From Anaerohalosphaeraceae bacterium (GTDB lineage Bacteria > Planctomycetota > Phycisphaerae > Sedimentisphaerales > Anaerohalosphaeraceae), in the NCBI GenBank assembly GCA_963675525.2, contig CAXXSL010000011.1:256001-320000 (forward strand): 64,000 nucleotides of DNA. Reading direction: 5' to 3'. The position numbers and the translations under genes were made by a program. The notes beneath the pieces were generated by a model, which did not search any database, had not been told where the DNA came from, and was given only the letters and a program-made list of their open reading frames with translations. Shown in pieces: positions 1 to 10,791 of this stretch; within the stretch, counting starts at the first letter, position 1, and every line of letters begins with the position of its first letter.

Positions 1-744
1 TGCTGTACTGATTGTCACCTCAGCGACGTCAGCATCTTCAATGTCCACCAGCTTTAAATCACCGGTAAGGTCCGGTTCAAGCTCCTGCGGTGAAAGGACC
101 TGAATGGCATAGAGGTCATACCCACGGCCAACAATCCGTCGCAATGCAGACTCATAACCTTCTTTAAACAGGAAATCCGACACTAATATCATAATCCCCG
201 AACCGGCCTGAGAAGCCGCCAATTGCTTACAAACATTCTCAAAGTCTGTTGCTCCCTCGCAGTCAGCGTCCAGTAGCAACTCGGCCATATTAGATAAATA
301 ATTCCTTCCTCGCATATATTTCAACTGGTTGACAATGCCAAGATTAAAAGTGCTTAATGTCATCCTGTTATTATTGACAAGGCTGACATATCCTAATGCT
401 GCCGCCAATTTTTTGATAAATTCAGATTTAACGGGTTGACCGTAATTGACAGAACCACTGATATCAATGGCAATATGAACCGTTAAATCCTGCTCCTCCA
501 TAAATAGCTTTAAAAACAATTTCTCTAGCCGGGCATAAATATTCCAGTCCACAAACCTTAAGTCGTCACCGACAACATAAGGACGATGATCGGCGAATTC
601 AATGCTCTGACCTCTGCGTTTGGATCGTCTCTGGCCCTGCAGTTTCCCATGGAGAATTTTTTTGCTCAAGACGTCCAAAGAATCCAGCTTGGCCATAAAA
701 TCAGGATCCAGCAGTTCAGTTAATTTTTTTCTGCGATTACTCAC
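1..744 (-). CDS. DUF58 domain protein (MoxR-associated), runs off the window start
   Basis: Manual translation from GTG at 744: ...KLQGQRRSKRRGQSIEFADHRPYVVGDDLRFVDWNIYARLEKLFLKLFMEEQD..., the DUF58 signature. Lies directly downstream of moxR. Confidence 0.9.
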   Translation of the reverse strand, partial: MSNRRKKLTELLDPDFMAKLDSLDVLSKKILHGKLQGQRRSKRRGQSIEFADHRPYVVGDDLRFVDWNIYARLEKLFLKLFMEEQDLTVHIAIDISGSVNYGQPVKSEFIKKLAAALGYVSLVNNNRMTLSTFNLGIVNQLKYMRGRNYLSNMAELLLDADCEGATDFENVCKQLAASQAGSGIMILVSDFLFKEGYESALRRIVGRGYDLYAIQVLSPQELEPDLTGDLKLVDIEDADVAEVTISTA

Positions 745-772
745 GGCGTCTATCGACTTTCCTTACTATTCG

Positions 773-1798
773 TTAGTGACTGATTGTTTCGGCTGAGGTT
801 GGGATATCACTGATAATCTGATTTAAAACATCATCATTGGAAACCCCTTCGGCCTGCGCTTCAAAGTTTAACAGAATACGGTGCCTCAGTGCCGCCAGAC
901 AAGACTCTCTTATATCGGAAAAGCTGATATGGTATCGTTCATCCAACATTGCCCGGACTTTTGCGGCCAATATAATGGACTGCACGCCTCGCGGAGAAGA
1001 ACCAAACCGAATATACTGATTGGTAATATTAGCGGCATACTCACCCTGTGGATGTGTTGCCAGAACAAGCCGAATAGCATAGTCCTGCACATGGTCAGCG
1101 ACGGCAACGCGCCGGACCAAATGCTGGGCTTCCATAATTTGTTCTGTATTGAGAACCGCTTTAGCTTCCGGATGTTCAGCAGTCGTGGTTCGATTCAATA
1201 TCGTTGCCAGTTCATTCCGGTTACTATACGGAACCAGTAACTTGAAGAAAAAACGGTCGAGCTGAGCTTCCGGCAAAGGGTAAGTTCCTTCCTGTTCAAT
1301 TGGATTCTGTGTTGCAAGTACAATAAACGGTTCCGGTAGTTTGCGGACCGCTCCGGAACTGGTTACCGAATGTTCCTGCATGGCTTCAAGCATTGCCGAC
1401 TGTGTTTTGGGTGTCGCTCGATTGACTTCATCGGCAAGTATGATTTGTGCAAAAATCGGCCCTTTCTGGAACTCAAAGAATCGCTTGCCGCTGCTTTTGT
1501 CTTCAATCAGCATGTTGGTCCCGATGATATCGGCCGGCATTAAATCCGGCGTAAACTGGATTCTTGAAAAGTCCAGCGACAACGCCTGACTTAAGGTTCT
1601 AACCAGTAATGTCTTGCCAAGCCCTGGAACGCCTTCTAATAATACATGACCGCCGCAAAACAAAGCAATTAACACATTATCAACAATGTCTCCATGCCCC
1701 ACAATGACTTTGCCAATTTCACTTCTGAGCTTTTCAAACATCAATCGAAATTCGTGACATTTTTTCTCAACATCTTTTATCGTCTCTGACATTTTCAT
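773..1798 (-). CDS. moxR: MoxR family AAA+ ATPase
   Basis: Walker A GVPGLGKT, RIQFTPDLMPADIIG, Walker B ILADEVNRATPKTQSAMLEAMQE, ATQNPIEQEGTYPLPEAQLDRF. Confidence 0.96.
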   Translation of the reverse strand: MKMSETIKDVEKKCHEFRLMFEKLRSEIGKVIVGHGDIVDNVLIALFCGGHVLLEGVPGLGKTLLVRTLSQALSLDFSRIQFTPDLMPADIIGTNMLIEDKSSGKRFFEFQKGPIFAQIILADEVNRATPKTQSAMLEAMQEHSVTSSGAVRKLPEPFIVLATQNPIEQEGTYPLPEAQLDRFFFKLLVPYSNRNELATILNRTTTAEHPEAKAVLNTEQIMEAQHLVRRVAVADHVQDYAIRLVLATHPQGEYAANITNQYIRFGSSPRGVQSIILAAKVRAMLDERYHISFSDIRESCLAALRHRILLNFEAQAEGVSNDDVLNQIISDIPTSAETISH

Positions 1799-1815
1799 AT
1801 CTCCCGGAATTTGAG

Positions 1816-4773
1816 TTAATTCTTTTGATCTTCGTTTTTATCAATTGCCTTTTTCTTCGCCTTCAGAAGCTGTTGAATGTGGCTTTCTGCAGGCGGTTCT
1901 GTTTTTGGAGTTGATTTCTTTTCTTCTGCCGGCGGCGCTGCGACTTTTTTCTTTTGCAGACCATCCTCAAATGGTAATGATTCGACAACGTCGGCTTTTG
2001 CCTCATACCGTTTCTGTCGAATCTGTTTTTCTTCTTGATGTTCAAATTGTTTTTGAACCTGTTTCCGGGTCTTCTTGAGTTGTGCCAAGGTTTTTTGTGA
2101 GTCAGAATCTTCTTGGCTTCTCACGACTAAAGCGGCAAGCTTTTTCATCCCGGACCTGAAGTCAATCACAATACGACGAACAGCAACATCAAACAGAAAA
2201 ACAACCAGCCATAATATCAACAACGGCCTGGTTAGCGGAATTTGTGTTTTTGGAAACTGAACACCGGTTGAGTCGAAAAGATTCGCAGATTGCGGTTCAC
2301 TGTCAATTATTCGTCCGCCGGAGATTTCATGAACTTTTTTTAACAGTCCAATATTGTCCGTTAAATCACTAAACTCCGGCGCGAATGGAACTGTAAAAGG
2401 TGCTTGCATTAAAAGTTCTTTTTGTCCTTCGCCAATCTTCTTATATCGCAGGTTCAGCAGATAGCTACCTGATATGTCCGCCTCAAACTTCCCTTTATAT
2501 TGCCCCGGACCGGTCTGCGTTAAGGTTAGCTCCCGGCTAATAATGTCAGGCAGGATAACTTGGGCATTCATATTGGCCAAACGCATATATTCACCATTTT
2601 CATCAAGCGATTCAACATAGACATTAACGTCACGCCCCTGAACATCAACCATGATTTCGCAGTCTGAAGCCTGGGCGGGTTTTCCGGCCCATCTGACGAG
2701 TTGTTCAACAAACCGCTTGCCGTCACTCCAGTCAAGCCATTTGGCACCCCATCGGCTATCCAACGAACTTGTGAAAACCGCACTTCGCCCCAACCCGGCC
2801 TGACAGGACGCAACAACGGGGTCGCCTTCATTATTGGCGATCACGACGCGGCTTAAGCCTCCTTTAGCTCCTGTCAACACAAAACCATCCAGTGTTGGCA
2901 GAGGACCGCTAATTCCTTTTAGTATTTCGTCAATTGAGAAAGTGATTTGGGGCGTGAAGGTTTGTTCCAAAATCAGGGTTCGTTTGATAACCCGGGCCTC
3001 TTTAACAAATATCTGGGGAAGCTGTTGCGGGTCTTTTACATCATAAAATCGTCCGCCGGTATTCTGGGCGATCCATAGCAAACTCCGCACATCGGCAGGC
3101 GAATGCGGAAAAACAGCGACACCGGTACAGGTAATCCCGGCATCTTTGACTTGGTTCAGCAACGCCTTTGTCGGTGGAGCCGGATCGCCGTCACTAATGA
3201 CAATAATATGCTTTTGCCCGGCATCACAATCTTTTAAGGCATCATAGGCAAGCTGAATATGGGAGCCCAAGTCGGGCATGTCACCGACCGCCATCCGTTG
3301 AATGGCCGAAATCACACCTTCTTTGTCGCCCGCTTCCGACAGCGGATAGACCCAGTTATTATTTCCTTCCCAATTGTAGGAAAGCACACCAACAAGGTCA
3401 AGTCTGCTCAATGTTCGCACTGCCGCAATCGCTACCCGTTCCCCCCACAGATTCCCCTGAGGCATTTCACAGGAATGCATGATAAGTACCAATGCACCTT
3501 TTGGAAGCTGTTTTTTCTGAGGCGGGTCCAGATCAATTGGCAACACTTCCTGTACTGGGGACCCAATCCATCCACCGGCGCCGAATGCCTCCGGCCCGCC
3601 GGTCATCACCAGACCACCGCCGAGGTCTGTCACATATCGTACGAGTAGTTCCTGTTGTTGATAAGAAAAGTTATCACAACCGGTATTGGCCAGTATAACA
3701 GCATCGGTATCCATCAATTGAGCGGGGTTGTCCGGAAACTCAGACGTATGAATAACATCCACATCCAGTTCACATTCACTCAGCAACCGTACCACATGTG
3801 TTGCGGAGGTTCCATCCACATCAACCACCAGAACACGACCGGGGCCGGCAACATAAGTGACCGCTGAAATGCGATTATTGGCTTCAATCTGATCTTCAGA
3901 TGGAAAATTAGGCACGAAAACCGCCTCAAACTCGTGAACCCCTCTTGACCCGACCGGAAGCGACACCACGTGAACATTTGTTCCCGGCTTCAGGAAAACT
4001 TCAGCGGCAACTTCCGAACTGTCCGGTACCAGATCGACAGGTTTATTATTTAAGTTCAGATATATCTTTCCGGCACAGTTTGAGGTACTGTTCAGAACAA
4101 ATTTTAATGAAATGGTCTGATTGCTTCTGGCTCTTAAAGGGACACTGAGACGTTTAAAAATAACTTCGCTGGTATATTGATACTGCACCGGTAATACATC
4201 GATCGGTATTTTATTCATCGCCGCGATTTCCGCAGCCTGCTGCAAATCTCCCTCGGTTTGATTGCCATCGCTGATCAGCAGCAGCCTCGCAGCCGTGTTG
4301 GGTGGAACAATCGCAAGGCCCATCTGTATTCCTTCGGCCAGCTTACTTTGTTCCCCTCGAATAACCGTATTCCTCCGGCGGACTTCCGTATCTTTTGATG
4401 AAAGTTTTGAAATACTGGCTATTTCGGCAACATCAACAACCGCCAGATGATCCTTTTCCGGCTTATATTTCAGCGCTTCTTCAAGATAATTGATGCGATC
4501 TTCCAGCAGTTCATCCGGGATTGAGCGACTTCGATCCACCACCGCAATGACTGTTAATTCGTCACTCTCTTCAACCCGGGTAAATCGGGCAAGTAATAAG
4601 ACAAGAATTACAATGAGCACACAGCGTATCAAAATCGCCATCCATCGCCTTAGTGGGCTCAACGATTCCATTGAGCGAACCGCAATATAGACCACCGGCA
4701 CCAGCAGCAATAAAACCAATAGCCACATCGGCCGGAGGAAATCAAAACTTGATGTCATTGCTAAAATTGCCAC
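1816..4773 (-). CDS. Membrane-anchored double-vWA protein with class I GATase-like (DUF1355-type) domain
   Basis: BatA-like N-terminal TM pair, MIDAS DRSRS...LISDG, GATase-like segment (LGGGLVMTGGPEAFGAGGW), second vWA with degenerate IMHSCEM...VISDG, C-terminal TM and charged tail. Confidence 0.8.
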   Translation of the reverse strand: MAILAMTSSFDFLRPMWLLVLLLLVPVVYIAVRSMESLSPLRRWMAILIRCVLIVILVLLLARFTRVEESDELTVIAVVDRSRSIPDELLEDRINYLEEALKYKPEKDHLAVVDVAEIASISKLSSKDTEVRRRNTVIRGEQSKLAEGIQMGLAIVPPNTAARLLLISDGNQTEGDLQQAAEIAAMNKIPIDVLPVQYQYTSEVIFKRLSVPLRARSNQTISLKFVLNSTSNCAGKIYLNLNNKPVDLVPDSSEVAAEVFLKPGTNVHVVSLPVGSRGVHEFEAVFVPNFPSEDQIEANNRISAVTYVAGPGRVLVVDVDGTSATHVVRLLSECELDVDVIHTSEFPDNPAQLMDTDAVILANTGCDNFSYQQQELLVRYVTDLGGGLVMTGGPEAFGAGGWIGSPVQEVLPIDLDPPQKKQLPKGALVLIMHSCEMPQGNLWGERVAIAAVRTLSRLDLVGVLSYNWEGNNNWVYPLSEAGDKEGVISAIQRMAVGDMPDLGSHIQLAYDALKDCDAGQKHIIVISDGDPAPPTKALLNQVKDAGITCTGVAVFPHSPADVRSLLWIAQNTGGRFYDVKDPQQLPQIFVKEARVIKRTLILEQTFTPQITFSIDEILKGISGPLPTLDGFVLTGAKGGLSRVVIANNEGDPVVASCQAGLGRSAVFTSSLDSRWGAKWLDWSDGKRFVEQLVRWAGKPAQASDCEIMVDVQGRDVNVYVESLDENGEYMRLANMNAQVILPDIISRELTLTQTGPGQYKGKFEADISGSYLLNLRYKKIGEGQKELLMQAPFTVPFAPEFSDLTDNIGLLKKVHEISGGRIIDSEPQSANLFDSTGVQFPKTQIPLTRPLLILWLVVFLFDVAVRRIVIDFRSGMKKLAALVVRSQEDSDSQKTLAQLKKTRKQVQKQFEHQEEKQIRQKRYEAKADVVESLPFEDGLQKKKVAAPPAEEKKSTPKTEPPAESHIQQLLKAKKKAIDKNEDQKN

Positions 4774-7208
4774 ACCTGAATCCTGTTATTGCCTGCATCT
4801 ACAATATAAACATATTCCCGGTCCACAACCAGTCCCCACGGATAAGCCAGTTCCCCGGCATTTCGTCCCGCCCGGCCATATACCGCAAGGCTTTCTCCTT
4901 GAGGGCTTAACATCTGTATTCGATTATTACCGTATTCACAAACAACAAGATTGCCCTTGTCGGACAATGCCAGGTCATAAGGATATCTCAGACAACCGGA
5001 TTCGGTGCCGATGTGACCAAGATACCGCACCAAATCACCTTCCAGCGTATAGACCGCTATTCGATGATTACACGCATCGGCAATATATAAATATTTATTT
5101 GATGCGTCAATGCAGATTGCCGAAGGTCTGGAGAATTGGCCTTCTCCAGTGCCCGGTTCTCCAAAGCAATATTGAAAGACTCCGTCCTTATCAAAAACAC
5201 TGATCCTATCATTACCGCCATATTCACTGACAAAAATTCGCCCATCTTTGTCAAAGGCAACATCGGTTGGGTAAATAAACTCCCCTTCTGCTTCTCCGAA
5301 TTTGCCAAATTCGTTGATAATCTGCCCCTGAGCATCAAAGACAACAATTCGATGATAATGCGTATCAGCGACATACAGATACCCATCTGGCCCGACACTC
5401 ATACCGGTGGGTTTGCCCGCTTCAATCTCAGGCATAGTATACTCCCCGATATATTGTCCTTTAAGTGAGATTCTTTGTATTCTTCCGGCTTTATCGATAA
5501 CATATAAAACGTTATCGTTAATATCGATCGCTCGAGGATAAACGAATTCTACTTTCCCTCTCCCCGTCCCACCAAATATCATAATAACGTCTGCTTCTGC
5601 TTGAATCGGTTTTTCGTCGCAACCGCAAAATAAAATACACAGCCCCACCAGCAGATAAAGAAGATGACTTCTGCCAGCCCGCTTTAAGAGGCAGACAACC
5701 ACTATGGACAAAGTGATGAAAACCAGGATCAATATAAGACATGACGCGATGACCTGGTCATCTCTGGCATAATGCATTTGATTCAGTAATCGCTGCGCAA
5801 AATTTGGCACCCCGGCACCCAGCAACACCATTGTTGCAGGAAGTTCAGTTACGCTGATCATTAACAGCAGAATAAATGCCGCTCCGATAAAACTCCGATT
5901 TTGTGGTATATAGATATACCTCAATTTCGCCCATCGACCGGCCCCATCGATATTTGCCATTTCCGCAATACGGTGGTCATCCGCTGTATGGCTCAGTTCT
6001 AATAAAATCAGTGCAACACCGCAGATACGGACTGCTTGTCCTACAGAAACCATCCACCACCCATGACTCCAGTTCGGTACCAGCAAATTAGCTGTCTTCA
6101 ATAACGAGATACCAACGAATGAACCGGGCAGCAACATCCCTGCAAATATACTGGTATAGACAATCCCTCGCAAACCTTTCCCCAAATATCCAAGGCGGTT
6201 CATTTTTTTTGCACCATATGCAAGAAAACAAGCCATCGCCACTGCGACAGACGAACTTAGCAACGACGCGCCAAGTTCATCACTGTGCAGTTTTATAAAG
6301 TTTACAAACGCCTGACTACCTTGGATATTTGTTATTAGGATCAGGAGAGGGATAAAGATTGAGATAAAAACCAATAATCCAAGGACGCTCCATTCCACCT
6401 TACCAACCTTCAGTGTTGCTTTCTTGGAAGGAATCTCTGCCCAATTTAACTGCAACAGTTCTCTGTGCAGAAAATAACCCGCAAGCACAGATACAAGAAT
6501 CAAGGGCCAGCCAGCCTTTAAAACCGCTGCCTCTGAACCTGTAAGTTCGTATAACACCCCAAGTGATGTTCCAATGGTTTTAACCCCTGCAAGATGGAAG
6601 GTTGAAAATTCAGAAAGTAGCAGAACAAAACATACCGCAAAACTCAGGATGATATTGCGCCATAATAATGGAAAAATAATATGCCTAAATCGTTGATACT
6701 TGCTTGTCTCCAGATTCGCCATTTCCAGTACATTGCTTCCGAGATTTTTCCAGCCACGGGCAAGAAGCAGGCTTGCCAGGGGCCAGTACCAAAGTATCAG
6801 TACAATTATTGTACTGATAGTTGCAATGGTCTTCGCAATATCAGAGTGACTAGACAATAATTTCCCGATGGGTGTTGTAGGGCTTAAAAGTAATGACCAT
6901 GCGTAATATTGAACGTATCGAGGCAATACCAATGGAATGATCATCACCAGCAACAGGCCGTTCTGTTTATTACTCAACGCAAGCAGTTTTCCCGGAACTG
7001 CTCCTAACAGCACAGATAAAATCGCAATAACACCTGCAAGTCCAAGCGTTTTTAGCGCAATTAAATAGAATAATTCTCCATTTGTCACCAGTCCCTGACA
7101 GCTTAACACACCCACAATGGATCTGACAAACGGCAGCATAAACACCAATAACCACAAAAGTAGAAAAGCAATCGCAAAATAAAAAGAATGTCTATCTCTT
7201 ATCGTCAA
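4761..7208 (-). CDS. Fe3+/thiamine-type ABC permease fused to an NHL-repeat beta-propeller
   Basis: About 510 aa of TM helices with two EAA-like loops (LEMANLETSKYQRFRHIIFP; AEMANIDGAGRWAKLRYIYIP), then six NHL repeats (e.g. GEFIYPTDVAFD, GQFSRPSAICID, GELAYPWGLVVD). Confidence 0.85.
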   Translation of the reverse strand: MTIRDRHSFYFAIAFLLLWLLVFMLPFVRSIVGVLSCQGLVTNGELFYLIALKTLGLAGVIAILSVLLGAVPGKLLALSNKQNGLLLVMIIPLVLPRYVQYYAWSLLLSPTTPIGKLLSSHSDIAKTIATISTIIVLILWYWPLASLLLARGWKNLGSNVLEMANLETSKYQRFRHIIFPLLWRNIILSFAVCFVLLLSEFSTFHLAGVKTIGTSLGVLYELTGSEAAVLKAGWPLILVSVLAGYFLHRELLQLNWAEIPSKKATLKVGKVEWSVLGLLVFISIFIPLLILITNIQGSQAFVNFIKLHSDELGASLLSSSVAVAMACFLAYGAKKMNRLGYLGKGLRGIVYTSIFAGMLLPGSFVGISLLKTANLLVPNWSHGWWMVSVGQAVRICGVALILLELSHTADDHRIAEMANIDGAGRWAKLRYIYIPQNRSFIGAAFILLLMISVTELPATMVLLGAGVPNFAQRLLNQMHYARDDQVIASCLILILVFITLSIVVVCLLKRAGRSHLLYLLVGLCILFCGCDEKPIQAEADVIMIFGGTGRGKVEFVYPRAIDINDNVLYVIDKAGRIQRISLKGQYIGEYTMPEIEAGKPTGMSVGPDGYLYVADTHYHRIVVFDAQGQIINEFGKFGEAEGEFIYPTDVAFDKDGRIFVSEYGGNDRISVFDKDGVFQYCFGEPGTGEGQFSRPSAICIDASNKYLYIADACNHRIAVYTLEGDLVRYLGHIGTESGCLRYPYDLALSDKGNLVVCEYGNNRIQMLSPQGESLAVYGRAGRNAGELAYPWGLVVDREYVYIVDAGNNRIQVWQF

Positions 7209-8230
7209 TCCAGTATTTCTCCCGCCCTTTGCAGCGCATATTCCAAATTTTCAGCCACCACTTCATAGTCAATCTTTAAAGGTTCGGAAATTTTATATTC
7301 AGCGTACAAATTAATATCAGTATGGTGATTTGGCATTACCGGCCAGTTATGCGAATCGCTTTCAAGCAGCATTTTTTCAACCTGCCCACCCAGCAGAAAG
7401 TCCATTAAAATATCAGCATTTTTTCGATGGGGCGATCCTTTGACAATGGCCGCTGTATTCGGAATGGTTAATGTTCCCTTTCCTGCTCGACGCAACATTT
7501 TCATTTCAACGGGCCAGTTGTTTCGCTTACCAGCATAGACATCGTCCGTGTCTGTCAAACAGACATCCGCTTGTCCCGTCGCAACCATTCGAACGGCGGT
7601 GCTGTTGCCATCTACAAGTTTGATTCCGTTGTCCTTAAGAGACTGAAGGAGTGGCTCAATATTTTCCTTACCGAACAGAACAAACCAACTTGCAACATCG
7701 CCGCCAGTGGTACCAAATTGAGGCCTTGCCATCACAACCCGATTTTTCCATTTTATATCTAACAACTCTTCGAGACTTGCGGGAGCCTGTTCATACAATA
7801 CGTTGTTTGTATTAAAGGCAATCACTCTCCCGCGAAGCCCAAACGCATACCATTTTTTACTGGAATCCATAAATGTTTCGGGCCAATTGGCAACGGTTTC
7901 GGAGTCAAACGGCTCAAGCAAATCCTCTTGTGCCAGACGAATCGTATAAAAAATCTCATTGGACCAGAGTACATCGGCATGAGGATTGTTTTTTTCAGCC
8001 CTGAGTTTCTGCACAAGACCGACCGTCTTACTTGCTTCAGTATCAAATCTCGCCAATACCTTGATGCCCGTCTGTTTTTCGAAATAGGCAATGATCGGCT
8101 CAGCAACGGCTTGATCAACCGAGCAGTAAAGAACCACTTCTTCAGTGGAAGAACCTTTCCGGCATGAAATAATTCCTCCTGCGATAACTCCCAATATTGC
8201 GATACAAAAAATCCTTCTGAATAAAACCAT
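7205..8230 (-). CDS. ABC transporter substrate-binding lipoprotein, Fe3+ (FbpA/FutA)-like
   Basis: Lipobox-like IISC, VVLYCSVDQ, AEKNNPHADVLWSNE, GNSTAVRMVATGQADVCLTDTDD; 4-nt overlap with the permease. Confidence 0.88.
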   Translation of the reverse strand: MVLFRRIFCIAILGVIAGGIISCRKGSSTEEVVLYCSVDQAVAEPIIAYFEKQTGIKVLARFDTEASKTVGLVQKLRAEKNNPHADVLWSNEIFYTIRLAQEDLLEPFDSETVANWPETFMDSSKKWYAFGLRGRVIAFNTNNVLYEQAPASLEELLDIKWKNRVVMARPQFGTTGGDVASWFVLFGKENIEPLLQSLKDNGIKLVDGNSTAVRMVATGQADVCLTDTDDVYAGKRNNWPVEMKMLRRAGKGTLTIPNTAAIVKGSPHRKNADILMDFLLGGQVEKMLLESDSHNWPVMPNHHTDINLYAEYKISEPLKIDYEVVAENLEYALQRAGEILD

Positions 8231-8352
8231 CCTTGTGCTCCATATTTTATGAGTACCATAATACCTATCGAAAAGTGGTCGCGGCTTTCCGTTTTCGCCA
8301 CAATATCGTTATATTAAAGGTAGCGGAGTGTGACCCTGATTTATTTTTCTGA

Positions 8353-10020
8353 TTACTCAGAATCGTCTTCCAGACCCCCAAAATAACTTTTAACAGACTC
8401 TTCGTAACGCCGGGGAATCTCATTGTTACTGATTGCCTCGGCAGCGTTATCTTTGGCGGCTTGTATCATCTGCTCCAGCTCTTTTGAACTTTCGCCTTTA
8501 ATCTGCTCTCCTTTGAAATACCAGCTGGCAACAATTGGTCCCTGCTGATCCATATTTTTTATCTTGGTTGCTTTCATAACAGTTTGACCTTCGGCGTCTT
8601 TATTGACCGGCCCAAAACCATGCCCCGGACCGCCTGTCCCCGAGCCATACTTGTCCGAATCTCCCGGTTTCCAGGGACCGATGCACCCGGTGCCCTGACA
8701 CATCCCTTTACCAAGACAATTCATCGCATTTTCAATCTCCGCAAGACTGGCCTGCATCATATTGACCTGTTGCTCAAATGCTTCCAAATTATTCAATTGA
8801 GCGGCAAGTTCACTAAACTCATCTGCCAAAAGCCCGCCAGACCCATTACTGCATGCACCCATAGCCTTGGCCAGACCCGAACAACTTTTACATCCTGACT
8901 TACAGGCAGAAAACTTTTGCATCAGTCGCTCAATTTGTTCCGGCGAGAGCGATTGTTTCTCCAGCATTTTCCGTAATTCTTTGGCCGAGAGTTTCGCCAG
9001 CTCTTTATCAAGGCCATACTTGGCAAGTTCATCTTCAAGAAGCTTGTTTTGAGCCGCAATTTGTTCAAGCTGTCTTGAGAGGTTTTCCATTTGTTTGGAA
9101 AGTTGCTGTTTCTGTTCTTCGCTCATCTGGCCCTGTTCCAGCTGCTTTTGAAATTGCTTGATCATATCCTGAGCACGGTTCCAATCTCCTTTTGCCATTG
9201 CCTGTTGCAATTTTTGCGAAAATGATTCAGACATAGGCTTCAACTGGTTGAGCATCTTCTTGGTAATCTCCAGAGATTCTTTGTTCAATCCGGCTTCAAG
9301 CTGTTTGATTTTATCTGAGAGATTCCCCAATTTCTGAATTGCCTGGCGTTTGACAGCTTCCGGATTCTGTTCTGATGACATGGCTGTAAGTGACGCAAGT
9401 TCACTTTCCAAATCATTGTCTCCAAGCTGCTTAACCGCCAGTTTGACTGAACTGGCCGTTAACTCCACCATCTTTTTGGCAGTCGCAATCTCCTGGTTCT
9501 TCCTGGCCTGTTCTTGTTGCTTTTTCAAACTTCCCAGCAGGTCGTACTGAGGCATAAAGGCTATCAGCAAAACTACCGTTAGCCACATGCCCAAAGAATA
9601 GAACCAGTTTTTTGAAAATGAGATTGGAAAGTGCTTCTGGAGGTTGATCACCTTGACCGTCTCTGTTGCTTCCCGGCACGAGGCCTGTGCAAACAAATCC
9701 TCACTGCTCTCAAATACCATTAAGCAGCTCATCCGTTCTTTGAGCCTCAGTTTTTCATCAATTAGGAGAGACGTTTTTTGCTTCGTCGGCAGTTTGATGA
9801 GCCACCACGCCAGCACAATAACACCGCAAATCGCCGATAAACCCAATATTAACTGAGACGTGAACAATTGTACCGCCAGCAGTTTTTCAACTGCGATCCC
9901 CACCAGTACGATGATGCCGGCATAGAACAGAACGCATCTTAAAATATCAATAAGTTTCTTGAGGGCAAGCCTGGCTCGTACTCTATTTAATTTTTGCTTA
10001 ATGCCTCTTTGCATTTTCAA
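8353..10020 (-). CDS. Membrane protein with long coiled coil (DUF4175-like), typical MoxR-operon partner
   Basis: Three N-terminal TM segments, Q/E/K-rich heptads, Gly-rich linker, C-terminal IPRRYEESVKSYF motif. Confidence 0.65.
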   Translation of the reverse strand: MKMQRGIKQKLNRVRARLALKKLIDILRCVLFYAGIIVLVGIAVEKLLAVQLFTSQLILGLSAICGVIVLAWWLIKLPTKQKTSLLIDEKLRLKERMSCLMVFESSEDLFAQASCREATETVKVINLQKHFPISFSKNWFYSLGMWLTVVLLIAFMPQYDLLGSLKKQQEQARKNQEIATAKKMVELTASSVKLAVKQLGDNDLESELASLTAMSSEQNPEAVKRQAIQKLGNLSDKIKQLEAGLNKESLEITKKMLNQLKPMSESFSQKLQQAMAKGDWNRAQDMIKQFQKQLEQGQMSEEQKQQLSKQMENLSRQLEQIAAQNKLLEDELAKYGLDKELAKLSAKELRKMLEKQSLSPEQIERLMQKFSACKSGCKSCSGLAKAMGACSNGSGGLLADEFSELAAQLNNLEAFEQQVNMMQASLAEIENAMNCLGKGMCQGTGCIGPWKPGDSDKYGSGTGGPGHGFGPVNKDAEGQTVMKATKIKNMDQQGPIVASWYFKGEQIKGESSKELEQMIQAAKDNAAEAISNNEIPRRYEESVKSYFGGLEDDSE

Positions 10021-10048
10021 TACCCCATATGTACAAGGTGCTTATATA

Positions 10049-10077
10049 TAAGACGCTTTACACCCCAATATGTTTCA
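10049..10077 (-). promoter_or_regulatory. ECF-type promoter TGAAAC-N16-CGTCT
   Basis: Minus strand TGAAACA-tattggggtgtaa-AGCGTCTTA about 30 nt upstream of the 10020 start; same motif at 21779-21807. Confidence 0.7.
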
Positions 10078-10647
10078 AGGTAAACTTTCAGGACAGAACA
10101 AGCGATATTTTAACACTTTTTTCTGGAAATAGAAGACTAAAACTCGATTGTTCACCCTGAGTGTGTAATTGTACTTTTCGATAAGATCAGAATATACAGC
10201 CGTGCTAAAACCAAAATACCAAATAGCTCAAAAATTCCGTGAAGCAGGCACTCATAAACCCTTTGATTTTAAGAACTTAAGGATCTCAAAAATGAAACCG
10301 GTTTTAATAGCCGATTGACATAGGACTAAAAACCTATTTCTGAAGGAATTTGTTTTTTCTTTATCGACTTTTGAGAACTTCAATTGCTTTATCAATGTAG
10401 TCATCAGAAGAGGTGGTTTCCGGCAAAAGTATATCCGGCGTGATTCCCTTTGCCGCCGCGGGTAACATAATACTGATTCGTATGCCTGTGATACGAAATC
10501 GGATTGGATGTCGATCTGCTTCTGGACATAATTCCACCTCATAATAAAGGTTCAAAAGTGTAGTCTAAAGTGTAGCAGATTACTTTTCGAGATTGATGAT
10601 GTTGAAATGATTTCTCACAAACCCATTGATTAAAAGAGCTTGTGAAA

Positions 10648-10722
10648 TCGGGGTGAAAGGATTCGAACCTTCGGCCTCCTGGTCCCAAACCAGGCGCTCT
10701 AGCCAAGCTGAGCTACACCCCG
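10648..10722 (-). tRNA. tRNA-Pro(TGG)
   Basis: CGGGGTGTAGCTCAGCTTGGCTAGAGCG-CCTGG-TT-TGG-GA-CCAGG-AGGCCGAAGGTTCGAATCCTTTCACCCCGA; upstream TTGACA-N17-TATTCT. Confidence 0.97.
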
Positions 10723-10791
10723 TATAAAATTGAAGCGGCGAAGAATATCGGATTTCCCCGCATTTGTCAAAATAATACTTAAAAAACCCGG

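Noticed and set aside
10252..10555. Two short overlapping ORFs beyond tRNA-Pro; one ends like an S41 peptidase tail (KGITPDIL...DKAIEVLK)
   Set aside because: Too short and without clear RBS or catalytic motifs; at best a remnant.
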